Origin: an uncultured Nitrososphaeraceae archaeon
Lineage (GTDB): Archaea; Thermoproteota; Nitrososphaeria; Nitrososphaerales; Nitrososphaeraceae
NCBI GenBank assembly: GCA_963825865.1
Contig: CAWGVG010000026.1
Span: forward strand, 160,001 to 224,000
Length of the DNA: 64,000 nt
Direction: 5' to 3'
Of this stretch, positions 48,017 through 59,195 are shown in pieces (the first letter of the stretch is position 1; each line of letters opens with the position of its first letter). The translations under genes were made by a program, and so were the position numbers. The notes beneath the pieces are model-generated. The model was not told where the DNA came from. It saw only the letters and a program-made list of their open reading frames with translations, and ran no database searches.

Positions 48017-48309
48017 GCATCAAAAATCCTGTTGAGGAATATTAAAGTATTAGATAATAGTCTTAATCGAGATAACGAGGTTTTGGGAGTTCTCGGTCCA
48101 AATGGTACATATAGAAACTACGATTCAAGTGCTCTACTTTTGGCATATTTTCCTTGATCCATGCGTATAGAAGATATTCCAATTTCTCTAAGTCAAATAT
48201 TTTACTTCGTTGTAAATCCATATATTCAGCGGCAAGATGACTATCACTTGCAATAATGAGCCATTAATTGGAGTGATTTCTGTTACAGTTATCAGATTCT
48301 ACAGCTTCA

Positions 48310-48675
48310 TCTGAAGGAGAATATTTAACGTCAGCTAACGATATATCTTCCGACACTTAGAATTACCATCAAGTTACGAAGCTGAAAGTCATATTTTCTG
48401 ACGACAATACTTTTATTTGTGTGTATCCTAAAAGCAAGCTGAACAGCATCGTGTTTTTAATGGAGCTTGATAATAATAATTTGCGGTTTGCCAGGCGTAG
48501 GAAAGAGCAGTCTAGCAAAGAGAGTTGCACCTTAATTAGAGCAGTCGTTTTATCCACAGATAAAATCAGAAAGGAGTTGATATCAAAGCCGACCTATAGA
48601 AAACAAGAAAGAAACTTGATTTACGATATCATGTTGTTGCTAGCAAGGTATTTGCATGACGCTGGAATAAATTGT
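48310..48675 (+). pseudogene. Inverted relic of the P-loop kinase 5' half and its upstream DNA
   Basis: LIRAVVLSTDKIRKELISKPTYRKQE copies ~29420-29630; 48310-48365 resembles the reverse complement of ~29735-29790. Confidence 0.85.
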
Positions 48676-48899
48676 AATAATCGCTTCCATTACAGGTGTA
48701 ATGAAAAATTGTACATGATATTTTCTACAACTTAGCAACAATCAAGGAAGGACAATAGAAAAAGGTTAATTTTATTGCGATGGAAACTATAATCCCATTA
48801 ACTATCACATATCAGAAAGAACAAACCTTACGATGAGGACCTTTTCTTAGATGGTAACGAGATTCTCGCAACAACTAACGAAAGCATAGCGAGATCAAT

Positions 48900-49049
48900 G
48901 GGATTCTTGTGCAGGAAATGGTCACGGGGACAATAATTGGTTCCAAGCAAGAGCCTGGCTTTGGAGTTGTAGTGATGTTTGGAATGGGTGGATTTTTTGA
49001 GGAAGGTGAAGGATGCAAGGTAGTAGATGTCAGGATGGGTCTTTCTTAG
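48900..49049 (+). pseudogene. C-terminal remnant of an ADP-forming acyl-CoA synthetase
   Basis: LVQEMV...IIGSKQEPGFGVVVMFGMGG...EEGEGCKVVDVRMGLS*. Confidence 0.7.
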
Positions 49050-49084
49050 TTAGCGAAAAATCATTTATTTGGAACTGATGTTGA

Positions 49085-49636
49085 TCACTCGTTGAATTCT
49101 CCCTTCTTTTTTAGAAATATGACTATTGTGACCAATATGCCAACAATTCCAGGCATGAGGATAACTAAAAAGAAAAAGTTCCATGGAAGCCTACAAGCAA
49201 GGGAATCTGCAATAACAGAAGCTGATATAGTTATAAAAGCAAAGCCTATCGCAGTTAAAAGGTTAGCCCATTTGTTATGGATTAGAACCAAGACCGATGA
49301 CATTGAAAAGGGCACAAGAAGAATTCCTACTGTAATGACCACCTCTATCTGAGATTCTTGCGGATTTAGGCTAAATCCAAATGAACATTTTTTCTCTGCC
49401 ATGCTAAAGACAGAAGAAGAAATTGATGACTCGGAAGCAATGGAAAAGAAGATGAATATGGCCCCAATCACACTTGCATTAACCAGTAGAAGTGTATAGT
49501 TGACAGTCAAAAAAACACCTACCAGATTTTGCTGAGTGTGAATAACGCAAGAGCAAAGAAAATAAAATATTGAACCTATGATCATAACGTTAAGATCCAG
49601 TAAAGGATAATTGATAGTAGGCTTTCTTGTTTGCAC
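49085..49636 (-). CDS. Hypothetical membrane protein
   Basis: Several hydrophobic helices. Confidence 0.5.
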   Translation of the reverse strand: MQTRKPTINYPLLDLNVMIIGSIFYFLCSCVIHTQQNLVGVFLTVNYTLLLVNASVIGAIFIFFSIASESSISSSVFSMAEKKCSFGFSLNPQESQIEVVITVGILLVPFSMSSVLVLIHNKWANLLTAIGFAFITISASVIADSLACRLPWNFFFLVILMPGIVGILVTIVIFLKKKGEFNE

Positions 49637-49679
49637 TTTGATCCTTTTCTTGCACTAAAGGTTTAGTACGTCTCTGATA

Positions 49680-49905
49680 AATAGACAATTCTTTCATTAA
49701 TTTTGATCTCTAATTTGTTTACTCGTCTATTTATTGTAATGTAGTCTGGTACAGATGGTACTTTCTTATTAGGGTGAGCTTTGGCTACTACACCTTCATC
49801 TTGTCTGTATGGAAGGTGAAAATAAACTCGCATATAACCAAGTAGTTGATGAACAAAAGAATTTGGGTACCTATAGGATGCACCTTCATTCCCTTCATTC
49901 ATATT
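49680..49905 (-). mobile_element. IS5 family transposase N-terminal remnant
   Basis: YRYPNSF...YFHLPYRQDEG...PDYITINRRVNKL. Confidence 0.8.
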
Positions 49906-51083
49906 ATCTATACTAATTAACATTAGCAAACACTGTTAACATGTTAACACATTAACATTCACCAAGAATTTAGATCATCCTATATAATGAGGCGTAGTTT
50001 CTGAACCGAAGACATATAACAAACCATCACGGGACCCCATAAACATCATATTACTTGCAATGACTGCTGAAGAGTCTATCATGTTCATAGTTGTGCTTGG
50101 CCGGAAGAATATATCACTGGCTTTGCATATAAAATTAAATGAGTTAATTTTCTAATAACTAAGTTAATAACCCTTTTTTACATTGGAAATCGATCTTGAG
50201 AGTGATCAATTATTGATTATTAGCATATATACTGCCTACTTGTCATAGCAATAGTTGCTGTCTTTGGGCTATTGGTAATGTCTCTCGAAGCAAAATCTGC
50301 ATTCGGTCAATGGGTACTACCATCAGAACTAGAGTATGCCTACAAACAAGGATACCTCAAATCTAATGTTACCTTAGATGAACAAGATATCGATTAAAAA
50401 TGACAATAGCAACAACAACATCAAAAAACGTATGCAACAACAAGAGACAAAATTTAATTAGATGCATCTATTCTAAAAAAGCTGCCAATAGAAGAGATGC
50501 AAATGGAGCACAAGTAATGTATAGCGCATTTTTATCATACGCACATATAAAACGATATTTTTGCTTCTTAAGATTATTAATACATACAGATTATACAGTC
50601 TTAAAAAATCATATGCGCTTGTATATGTCATAGGGACCTAAGCTATCAATCCTTTTACTTCTTACTTTTTAATTTTATATATATAATTAACAACCAAAAT
50701 GATGACAATGGATAATAATAATAATAGCCTTGACTTGAAAGGAGTAATTGTCCTAAATATAGGAAGAAATAAAAAATTGGTGAAAAACGCTAATGGATCA
50801 TTTGCACTATTCAACACGGAAACGCACGATGTAGAGATGACGGGTAATAATAGCGATCATATAGAAGTAGTTGCCTATCATGGAGTTTCTGGACAATGAC
50901 AAGAAGAGGACCAAACAAAAGGTAGTAATAATAATAACAATTCTCTCAAAATATACTCTTTAGTGATACGAATAGGTGGCAACAAAGATGACGATGATAA
51001 TCCAGCGAAATATAGAGCAACGATACGACCGTGTTTTTTCATATGGTTTTATTATCCAGTCCGAATTCACATTCTACCTACAA

Positions 51084-51324
51084 TATGGCAGCAATAGATG
51101 ATGATGAGTATGCCGTAATGGCTGATATATTAAAGGTATGTAAGAATGGGTGCACAAAAGAAAAGATAATAGAGGAAACGCATTTGTCCCACGATCAGCT
51201 AAGAAGAATTACAGCAGAGATGGTAGACAAAGAGTTCTCGCAATATATTGAACATCAGCAAGTCTATATTACAACAGATAAAGGATACATATTTCTTGAT
51301 AAAAGACAGCGATCAAATAACTAA
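51084..51324 (+). CDS. Small winged-helix (ArnR1/HTH_45-like) regulator
   Basis: MADILKVCKNGCTKEKII...LSHDQLRR...YITTDKGYIFL. Confidence 0.75.
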
Positions 51325-51531
51325 AGGTAGAAGCATTTCAAGAGCATATTTTATACTCCTTCTATTGCACCTTTCGTTCTTGTTATATGAAATCTTAACA
51401 TTTTCATAATGTTTCTAACACAGAATTATATTCCTCAAACCACATCAATATGTGTATGAGATGTTAGATGGTTCTTTCAAAAAATGGAGACACTTACACA
51501 AATTTTACAATATCAATGGAAAACAAAGAGA

Positions 51532-52575
51532 AGATTTCTTGCGAAATTAGCAGCTATAGTCTAACACCCTACTTGTTTTAGCCGTCTTCTTAGATTGAAA
51601 TGCTGTCAGACTGTATAACTCTGAAGTTCAGGAGACCGGATATTATATCAGTATACGTTATTGTACTTCCTTAATCTGTTTCTAAATTTAGTACCCATTA
51701 TTCCAAACTTTTTGATTCTACATATGGTATGTTCTACTATGATCCTTAGCCTAGAATGATTCTTGTTGTAAGTTCTTTCATCACATGAAAGCAATGTACC
51801 CTTTTTCTTTTGATACCAATAGATACTTTACAGTGGGAAAGTCCTTTTCAATGCCAAGATAACCAAGATCAACTATGTTTTCAACTTGTGATGGAGTTAT
51901 AGAATGATTGTGTTTGTAAATGTCATAATCATGTTTTCTTCCACTTCTGTGACCTGTCTTATGCAGTATCAATCCTTCATGGTTTACCATCAATTGTGTC
52001 TTGACAGTATGTTTCTTCTTTCTACCTGAATAGTAACTCTTCCTTCTTCTTTTGTTCTTAGGTCTTGGAATTTCTTGTTCTGTAGAGTCTATGAAAGCCT
52101 TGAATCCAGGAAAATACTCTTCTACTTCATCTATAGTTCTTAATCTCCTAGTGATGTTTGTATATCTTCTTTGGCAATGGAATACACTCCTTGATAAGTG
52201 GTTCCATCATTGATATATCTCTACAAACATTGCTTTGATCAAGGTAAACAGAAATCCTGATAATGTATATGTAATGTATAATCTGTAGTATACTAGAAGC
52301 ATAACGAATCTTTCTTTAACTTTAAAGTTAAATGGTCTACCAGCACCTATATCCCGTATTCTCGTCCTTGATAGAAGACGTCTTCTTTCGTGCTCTTCGT
52401 AGTTATGTTCAATTTCGTTACAAATGGATTCAAATTCAGATACAGTTACTCCGTAAATGACCTGAATATCAAAGGTTTCTTACATAATTTGCTATAGGAC
52501 ATCAAAGAGCTTGTCAGATAGATATCCTATGTGAAGAGGAATATAGCTCTTAGCTTCTAATTACACAAGAGATTT
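51532..52575 (-). mobile_element. IS5-family element (HTH_Tnp_4 + DDE_Tnp_4 type transposase), degraded
   Basis: FIDSTEQEIPRP...YYSGRKKKHTVK, HDYDIY, DLGYLG, RIIVEHTI. Imperfect 19-bp TIRs at 51532-51550 and 52557-52575 (15/19). Confidence 0.85.
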
Positions 52576-52702
52576 AGATAATAGATGAAATTGAATTTGA
52601 ATTACAGACTCAAAATATGCTATCCTTACCGCATACAAGGATAGGCTGGTATAAAAATATCCGTACTTTGGTTAGACAGTTATATCTATACCTCTGGTTA
52701 AT

Positions 52703-53635
52703 CTATTTTCTCTTGGGAGCACTTGTGTAATGTATATCTTCTTTGAATTTTTCATTTAGTTTATTCATTCTCGCTTGATAGCCTTTATTGTACTCTATCT
52801 CTTCTGGTACAAGTGTTGCAGGATGGATAAATCCTTGTTTACGCATAATCATTGCTCTCTCAGCTGCCCACATTCTTTGCAACTCCCAATCTGCCGTGCC
52901 AAAGCCATCATGAGGACCTATTAGTTTCCCATTGTGCATACTGAATACTAAACAAGATACAATTGGTATCGCATAATTTACGCTTGCTGCAGAATTTAGT
53001 TTAACAGGCATAAGAGGCATATGATGGCTCCCCCTCGTATTTCCTGATACATAATAAGGGTCGTTAAAAGCACTGCATGCTTCCTCCGTTGCTGGAAAGT
53101 TCTTTTGCGTTCTTACTATTGATATCGGATCGTCTTTGCCCACATAAGTTCCTGCAATGTTGTGTAACCTGTCAGTCGATGACGATACAATCTGTTCGTC
53201 TCCGTCAGACGATAAAATAGAATGTACTACATATCTTCCAGGATACATTAATGAAGTTTCAAGTTCAGGCTTGTCGGCCCATAGTTTTAGTTCTGCAACT
53301 TTACCAGTCATCACATCTAAGACTCGAAATATTGCTCCGGCTGCAAGTTTTTCGTTAATTAGTATGCCAGTATTACTTCTTGCATCAACAAAGGTCCTCC
53401 AGAATGGAAAATTAAAGGCACCAGGCTCTGTCTTGTCTGCAGCAAATATGCAAAAGACTTCGCTTGGACGTTCTTCCATTTCTATCTCTGCAACGCCAGG
53501 TCCCATTCCCTTTACATTACCTGAAAATGCGTCTTTTAGAAGATCTTGTCCTGCACCATAAAGCCCTTGTTCTTTTGCGATTTTCGTACCTTGTGTGAAT
53601 GCGTCCCAAGCAAGTTTGTGGATCTTTTGGTTATC
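52703..53635 (-). pseudogene. fbp: Class V fructose-1,6-bisphosphate aldolase/phosphatase lacking its N-terminus
   Basis: IHKLAWDAF, GLYGAGQDLL, GNVKGMGPG, DKTEPGAFN, YVGKDDP, RGSH. The N-terminal KADVG motif is absent. Confidence 0.9.
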
Positions 53636-54106
53636 TCAGTTTTTTATGATTGTTCACGTTTATCAAAAACCTGTATGATGGTACTAGGATATACTGTGAG
53701 TACCCTCCATCATTCCACGAAGATAGTCCAGGCCACTTTGGGTTTATACATAGCTGTTCGTCTCCATTTTTACAATGAAAGCAAATTCCACATCCCCATC
53801 CTCCAAACACGGCCACTAGATCGCCTATATCTAAAACTCCTCTTGGAACAGAATTTCCTAGTTCTTCAATCCAACCCGCCACTTCATGTCCTGGCGTAAT
53901 TGGTAATTGTATTGGAATGATATCCTTCCACTGACCATTTATCAGATGTAAATCGCTGTGACATAGGCCTGCTGCTACTTTAACTAAAACTTGCTCTCTT
54001 GTAGATATCCTTGGTTTTGGAGTATTGTCTATAGATAGCGGTTTTTGGTATTCCTTGCAGAACGAATAGTGTTAGCATCCTTATTCTTGTCCGTTATTTT
54101 GTTCAT
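53631..54106 (-). pseudogene. Zinc-dependent alcohol dehydrogenase, N-terminal GroES-like domain only
   Basis: GLCHSDLH, PGHEVAG, CGICFHCKNGDEQLC; Rossmann domain missing. Confidence 0.88.
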
Positions 54107-54383
54107 AGATATATCTCCATTGTGTCATAGTAATAATATGCTCAGATATATCTCCCCGTTTAGCCATTTTTTAGTAGTAGTTAGCACAGAGAGTGCCATG
54201 CACTGCGTAAATAATAACAACGATTCACTTTGCAACCAATACAGGGAGAAAGATTTCCATCATTACCGATTTAAAGATCCTGCTTTTTAGCTACTGTTAT
54301 AATCTTTGCCTGTGCTAGTAGTTGTCTATAACAAGAGAAAAAAAAGAAAGCAAGTAAAAAGTCCTTCATAACATGTTGTCTTG

Positions 54384-55034
54384 CTATTCTATGTTTATCG
54401 GCTTTCCTTTGGGTTTTGCCTGTTGTTTTTTGTCAAATATTATTTCAAGTATTCCATTTTTGTAAGCTGACTTGGCTGTTTCGATATCTGTTTCAGGAGG
54501 AATCTCAACAACCTCCCGGTATTTTCTTTTCCCTGGATCAGTGGTTGTTACCTCTACTGAATTACCATAAACATTTACCCTGATATTCTCTTTGTTAACA
54601 CCTGGCATTTCTACTATTACCTTGACTTCTCTATCCGTTGTTGTTACATCTGCCAAAGGCTCTCTTTCAGATGATATAAGGGGCCTAGCAGTGAGAAAGC
54701 CACCTCCTCTACTATTACTGAATTGTGATTTAACATTACCAAATTCTCTTATCCTAGGTTTACCATCAGGTCCAATTGTCATTGAATATCCATAAACGAA
54801 GGGCCCATACTCTCTCACCTTACCTCCAGGTCCTTCATATTCTTTTATTAAATCCTTTGGTGCCTTAGTCTCTATCTCTTTAAACTGTTCTTCAAATTGT
54901 CCTTCCATTTGTCTTCTCATCTCTTCCAAACCTCTGAACATTTCGCCAAAACCAAATTGCCCTCTGGCTCTACTACCACCAAGGAATCTTCTAAACCAAT
55001 CAAATGGCTCTATATCGTCGCGTTCAGAATTCAA
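54384..55034 (-). CDS. hsp20: Archaeal small heat-shock protein Hsp20
   Basis: GPFVYGYSMTIGPDGKPRIREFGN, REPLADV, EMPGV, YKNGILEI. Confidence 0.95.
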   Translation of the reverse strand: MNSERDDIEPFDWFRRFLGGSRARGQFGFGEMFRGLEEMRRQMEGQFEEQFKEIETKAPKDLIKEYEGPGGKVREYGPFVYGYSMTIGPDGKPRIREFGNVKSQFSNSRGGGFLTARPLISSEREPLADVTTTDREVKVIVEMPGVNKENIRVNVYGNSVEVTTTDPGKRKYREVVEIPPETDIETAKSAYKNGILEIIFDKKQQAKPKGKPINIE

Positions 55035-55072
55035 TTATTATTATGACACCATCTCAAAGGTACATTGTAAAG

Positions 55073-55112
55073 TTATATAACAATTAGGTATACACTGTAA
55101 TGCACAATATTC
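55073..55112. promoter_or_regulatory. Shared island motif plus TATA box (minus strand) in the hsp20/glycosyltransferase divergent promoter
   Basis: TACACTGTAATGCACAATATTC at 55091-55112; minus strand reads TTGTGCATTACAGTGTATACCTAATTGTTATATAA. Confidence 0.7.
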
Positions 55113-55259
55113 ATAGGCTATATATGGCTATCACATCTAGAATATGGTGGGCTATTATGACCATGACGTATGCATCAACTCTTGGACTGAATTATTTCAA
55201 AAAAAATCATCATATCGTATTTGTCATGTATGCATACAATTTACTGGAAATGATATCCA

Positions 55260-56525
55260 TTGATTAACACAAAAAAAACGACACGAGTTTTGATGGTTAC
55301 CACCGAGTATCCTCCTATGCAAGGAGGTGTAGGACGATATTCAGCTAATTTGGCAAATTCACTCCAGAAACTTGGATTGAATGTTTTTGTTGTATGTAAT
55401 GAAAAGGGTAATGGGGATATTTATGGACTATCTCCTTCCAATACACACAATTCCGATGTCCTTTTAAAGGCAATAGCCGAATCAAAACCGGATATAGGAC
55501 ATGTACAGTATGAACACGGGCTATATGGTTTGGTTTTGGATCCTATAAATCCTAATAAGATTAGTACCAACATAGATTCTTTTTATGCTAGGTGTAATAT
55601 TCCAATTGTCACAACGTTTCACTCTGCGTATAATTTCAAGCAGTGGATGGAATTGGCTGCAACAACAGAAGGCAAACATGGAATTAACAAATATATGCAT
55701 CTCCCTATCAACTATTGGAAACGCCTTTTAAATTATCGGTCCTTCAGTCGGCTCAACAAAGAAAAGCTTGCAATGAGCCGGGCAGGCATAGTTTTTTCAC
55801 AATATCTATCAAACCTCATTGGTGGCAGCAGCAATTGTTGTGATGTAATTTATCATGGTGCTGAACCATCTTCTAAAATAACTTCTCCCCCTTCCAAGAG
55901 ACATGCAAGGGCTAGGTTTTCACTCCCAGAAGGACCACGAATTGCTTTGGCACTTGGTCATAAGACAGCTACAAAAGGTTGGGATATCTTCGAGAAAATG
56001 AATATACCCGATGGATGGGTTGTAGTGGCCAATGCCTCTAGAAATCACTACAATAAGGAGAACATTAGTTTACGATTTAACAACAAGCAGAGCCAAAGTT
56101 TAATCGATCTACAAGGGGATTTCATTACTGAGGAAGATCTATCGTATCTATTATATGCTGCAGACGCTGTGATCCTGCCATATAAGGTATGTTCCGGGTC
56201 AGGTGTAATGTTTGATGGTCTTGCCCATGGGCTGCCATTTGTTGCAACGCAGTTGGGCTTTTTCAAGGAATTTTCTACAAAAGGATTAGGCATAACTATC
56301 AAGAGAGATCCTGCTGAATTTGCCTACGCTCTCAAAGCTCTTGATAAAGACTATGAAGCATACTTACAAAGAGTCAATAGCTTTAAGGAAAAACTAAAGT
56401 GGGATCTAATTGCTGCTCAACATGCTTCACTATATAGACGGATTATAAATCCAGGAACACAATTAGTTATAAACACTTTTAATTCAAAAAAAAGCATAGA
56501 TAATCAATTAGATAAGGGACATTAA
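55260..56525 (+). CDS. GT4-like (GT-B) glycosyltransferase
   Basis: EYPPMQGGVGRY, VTTFH, ADAVILPY...SGVMFDGLAHGLPFVAT. Confidence 0.88.
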   Translation: MINTKKTTRVLMVTTEYPPMQGGVGRYSANLANSLQKLGLNVFVVCNEKGNGDIYGLSPSNTHNSDVLLKAIAESKPDIGHVQYEHGLYGLVLDPINPNKISTNIDSFYARCNIPIVTTFHSAYNFKQWMELAATTEGKHGINKYMHLPINYWKRLLNYRSFSRLNKEKLAMSRAGIVFSQYLSNLIGGSSNCCDVIYHGAEPSSKITSPPSKRHARARFSLPEGPRIALALGHKTATKGWDIFEKMNIPDGWVVVANASRNHYNKENISLRFNNKQSQSLIDLQGDFITEEDLSYLLYAADAVILPYKVCSGSGVMFDGLAHGLPFVATQLGFFKEFSTKGLGITIKRDPAEFAYALKALDKDYEAYLQRVNSFKEKLKWDLIAAQHASLYRRIINPGTQLVINTFNSKKSIDNQLDKGH

Positions 56526-56693
56526 TTCAGAAATTATTTTTTAGATTATATCGATGATGATGATGGCGATGGATGACGATGCAGTTCTTAATTTGCTTGT
56601 TCATTACAAGCAACATGACCATGCAATTTTTTGAACTGCATAGCGGAATAGATTCAGTATTTATAGGCATAATTAGATAGACGTATAATCGAC

Positions 56694-57733
56694 ATGAAGA
56701 CAAAACTAGCCATAAATGGTTTTGGAAGGATAGGTAGGAGTTTTATCAGAGTTGCCTTAAAAGATAGAGAATTCATGCAATTAATTGACATAGTGGGCAT
56801 AAATGATACGGCAGATGCCAAGACTCTAGCACATCTTTTAAAATATGATTCAGTATTTGGAAGATTTGACGGTACGGTAGAAGTTAATGACAATGGTAAT
56901 ATTGACATTCTTCTGATAAACAACTTACCAATAAGTGTTATTTCTGAGAAAGACCCAGCCAGCTGCCTTGGAAGAGCAAGGGTATAGATATTGTCCTAGA
57001 ATCGTCAGGAAAATTTAATGATGCAAAAGAAGCACAAAAACACATTGAAGCAGGCACAAAGAAAGTCATTATTTCAGCACCAGCTAAACAACCAGATGCA
57101 ACAATATTAATGGGTATAAATGACAAATCGTATAATAGCGATAAACATAATGTCATTTCAATGGCATCTTGCACCACAAATTGCTTGGCTCCAGTAATCA
57201 AAGTTCTCAATGATACGTTTGGTATTGAGAGTGGGTATATGACCACCACTCATGCATATACAAATGATCAGCGTCTTTTGGACTTACCACACAAGGATTT
57301 AAGAAGGGCAAGAGCGGCAATGATGTCCATAATCCCAACAACTACTGGAGCAGCAAAGGCCATAGGTGGTATAATCCCGGAGTTAAATGGGAAGATAGAC
57401 GGTATGGCGTTACGAGTTCCTGTAAGCGATGGTTCGATAGCAGATATGGTCCTGAAATTGAAAAGGGACGTCACAAGAGAACAAGTGAACAACGTATTAA
57501 AGGAAGCATCTGAAACTAAATTGAAAGGAGTTATGGGGGATACAGAAGAGCCCATCGTGTCAGCAGATATTATCGGTGATCCACATTCCTCGATTGTTGA
57601 TGGTCTAAGCACTATGGTTTTAGGAAATAACAGCAATATCGTAAAAGTATTATCTTGGTATGACAACGAGTGGAGTTTTGCCTGCAGGCTAGTCGACCTA
57701 ATAAAGTTAATTGCCCATAAGATGCAGCCTTAG
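56694..57733 (+). CDS. gap: Type I (bacterial-type) glyceraldehyde-3-phosphate dehydrogenase, frameshift near 56965
   Basis: AINGFGRIGR, LLKYDS, ASCTTNCL, TTTGAAKA, WYDNEW. Confidence 0.95.
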
Positions 57734-58030
57734 TGGCGCTATTGTTATATTTTTATCAATCTTTTATTCTACCGATAGAGATTCTCCATAGTGTTTAATG
57801 AATTTCATTTTTTTATACCTGTAAATGGCGAATAAAGTCTCTGGAATCCGTAACCAATCCTCAATATTCCTTTGCCTTATCCCGAGTAGTATTTTCTTCC
57901 TCATTATATCGCTCGTGGTAAAAGCCATGAGAATGTACACATACACTTTTACTTCGCTCTTTTAAAAATATACTGGCTATTTGTATTATACTTGAAGCAA
58001 GCGCGCATAAACGGGAACATATAACTACTA

Positions 58031-59195
58031 AGTGAAGTGTCTGAATTTATGTCGTTATTTGTTCATTACATAACCTAGATTTGGAAATAGTTAAAGCTTA
58101 GCAAAGGAGATATTTTCATTCTGTGAATCATCCTTTCAAACTCAAACTTACCATAGGACAGAGGAACAAATTAAAGTCATTTATGAAGAATACGGGTAAC
58201 AAAAAAGAATACCGCAGGCTACTGGCTATACTCCAAAAAGCTGAAGGTAGAACTTACGAAGACATAGCAAATGAACACGGAGTCAGGCAGCAGGTCTGTA
58301 CAGAGATGGGTTGCTGCCTATATCCAAAGTGGGATAGATAGAATAAAGATGAAGAAACCTGGCGGAACAAAATCTGGCATAACAGATGAAAACAGAGAGA
58401 TTATTCTATCAGCATTATTTAACGACCCGCACATCTTTGGTTATCTTAGAAATACATGGAGTCTGAGATCACTTGCAAACTGTCTGACAAATGAGCTAGG
58501 AATCCCAATCAGTTTCAAGCACATGCAGCGAATAACAAAAGATTTAGGAGTTAGGTGCAAAAGGCCAAAACTGGAATTGCTACATGGAGGAGAGGATTAT
58601 GAAGAGGGAAAAGAGAAAGTGCAAAACTACAAACAGATAGCTTCAGCTCTGAAAAAAAGGGAGTTGTAGTAGCATTTGAAGATGAGACTATTATAACACA
58701 GAAACCTTGTATTCGAAAATCCATGAGTTTTGAAGGTGAGCAACAAAGGATAGAACATACTGGTAGTAGAAAGAAGTTCTCTGCATACATATCCATGGTA
58801 TGGCCTGAAGAGAAATTAATGACGTATGATTTCTATGATAAAATGGATTCTACGAATACTATCGACCATCTAGAGAATCTCAAGACAAACATTATGAAAA
58901 ATGATTGGTGGAAAAGACTGGTACTCATATGGGATAACGCTTCATATCATGTAAGCCTAATGGTACGGAATTATATCAATGCACAGAGAAAGAAGACTGG
59001 GCTGACCATAATCCACCTTCCAAAGAAAGCACCATACCTAAATCCGAATGAAAGGAAAGTAAACCAGCAAATAAAGTCAGATGTATGTGCGAATAGATTC
59101 TATGAACATATGGAAGACCAGAAAGCTGCAGTATCAGAATATTTGGACAAACGATTTGGAAGATGGTATGACGACATTAGTTATGACACTTGACT
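58031..59195 (+). mobile_element. IS630 family insertion sequence with ~26-bp imperfect TIRs and TA duplication
   Basis: Left AGTGAAGTGTCTGAATTTATGTCGT versus right reverse complement AGTCAAGTGTCATAACTAATGTCGT; flanks cTA and TAg; A7-G slippery run at ~58652; FEDE, WDNASYH, LNPNE DDE motifs. Confidence 0.92.
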
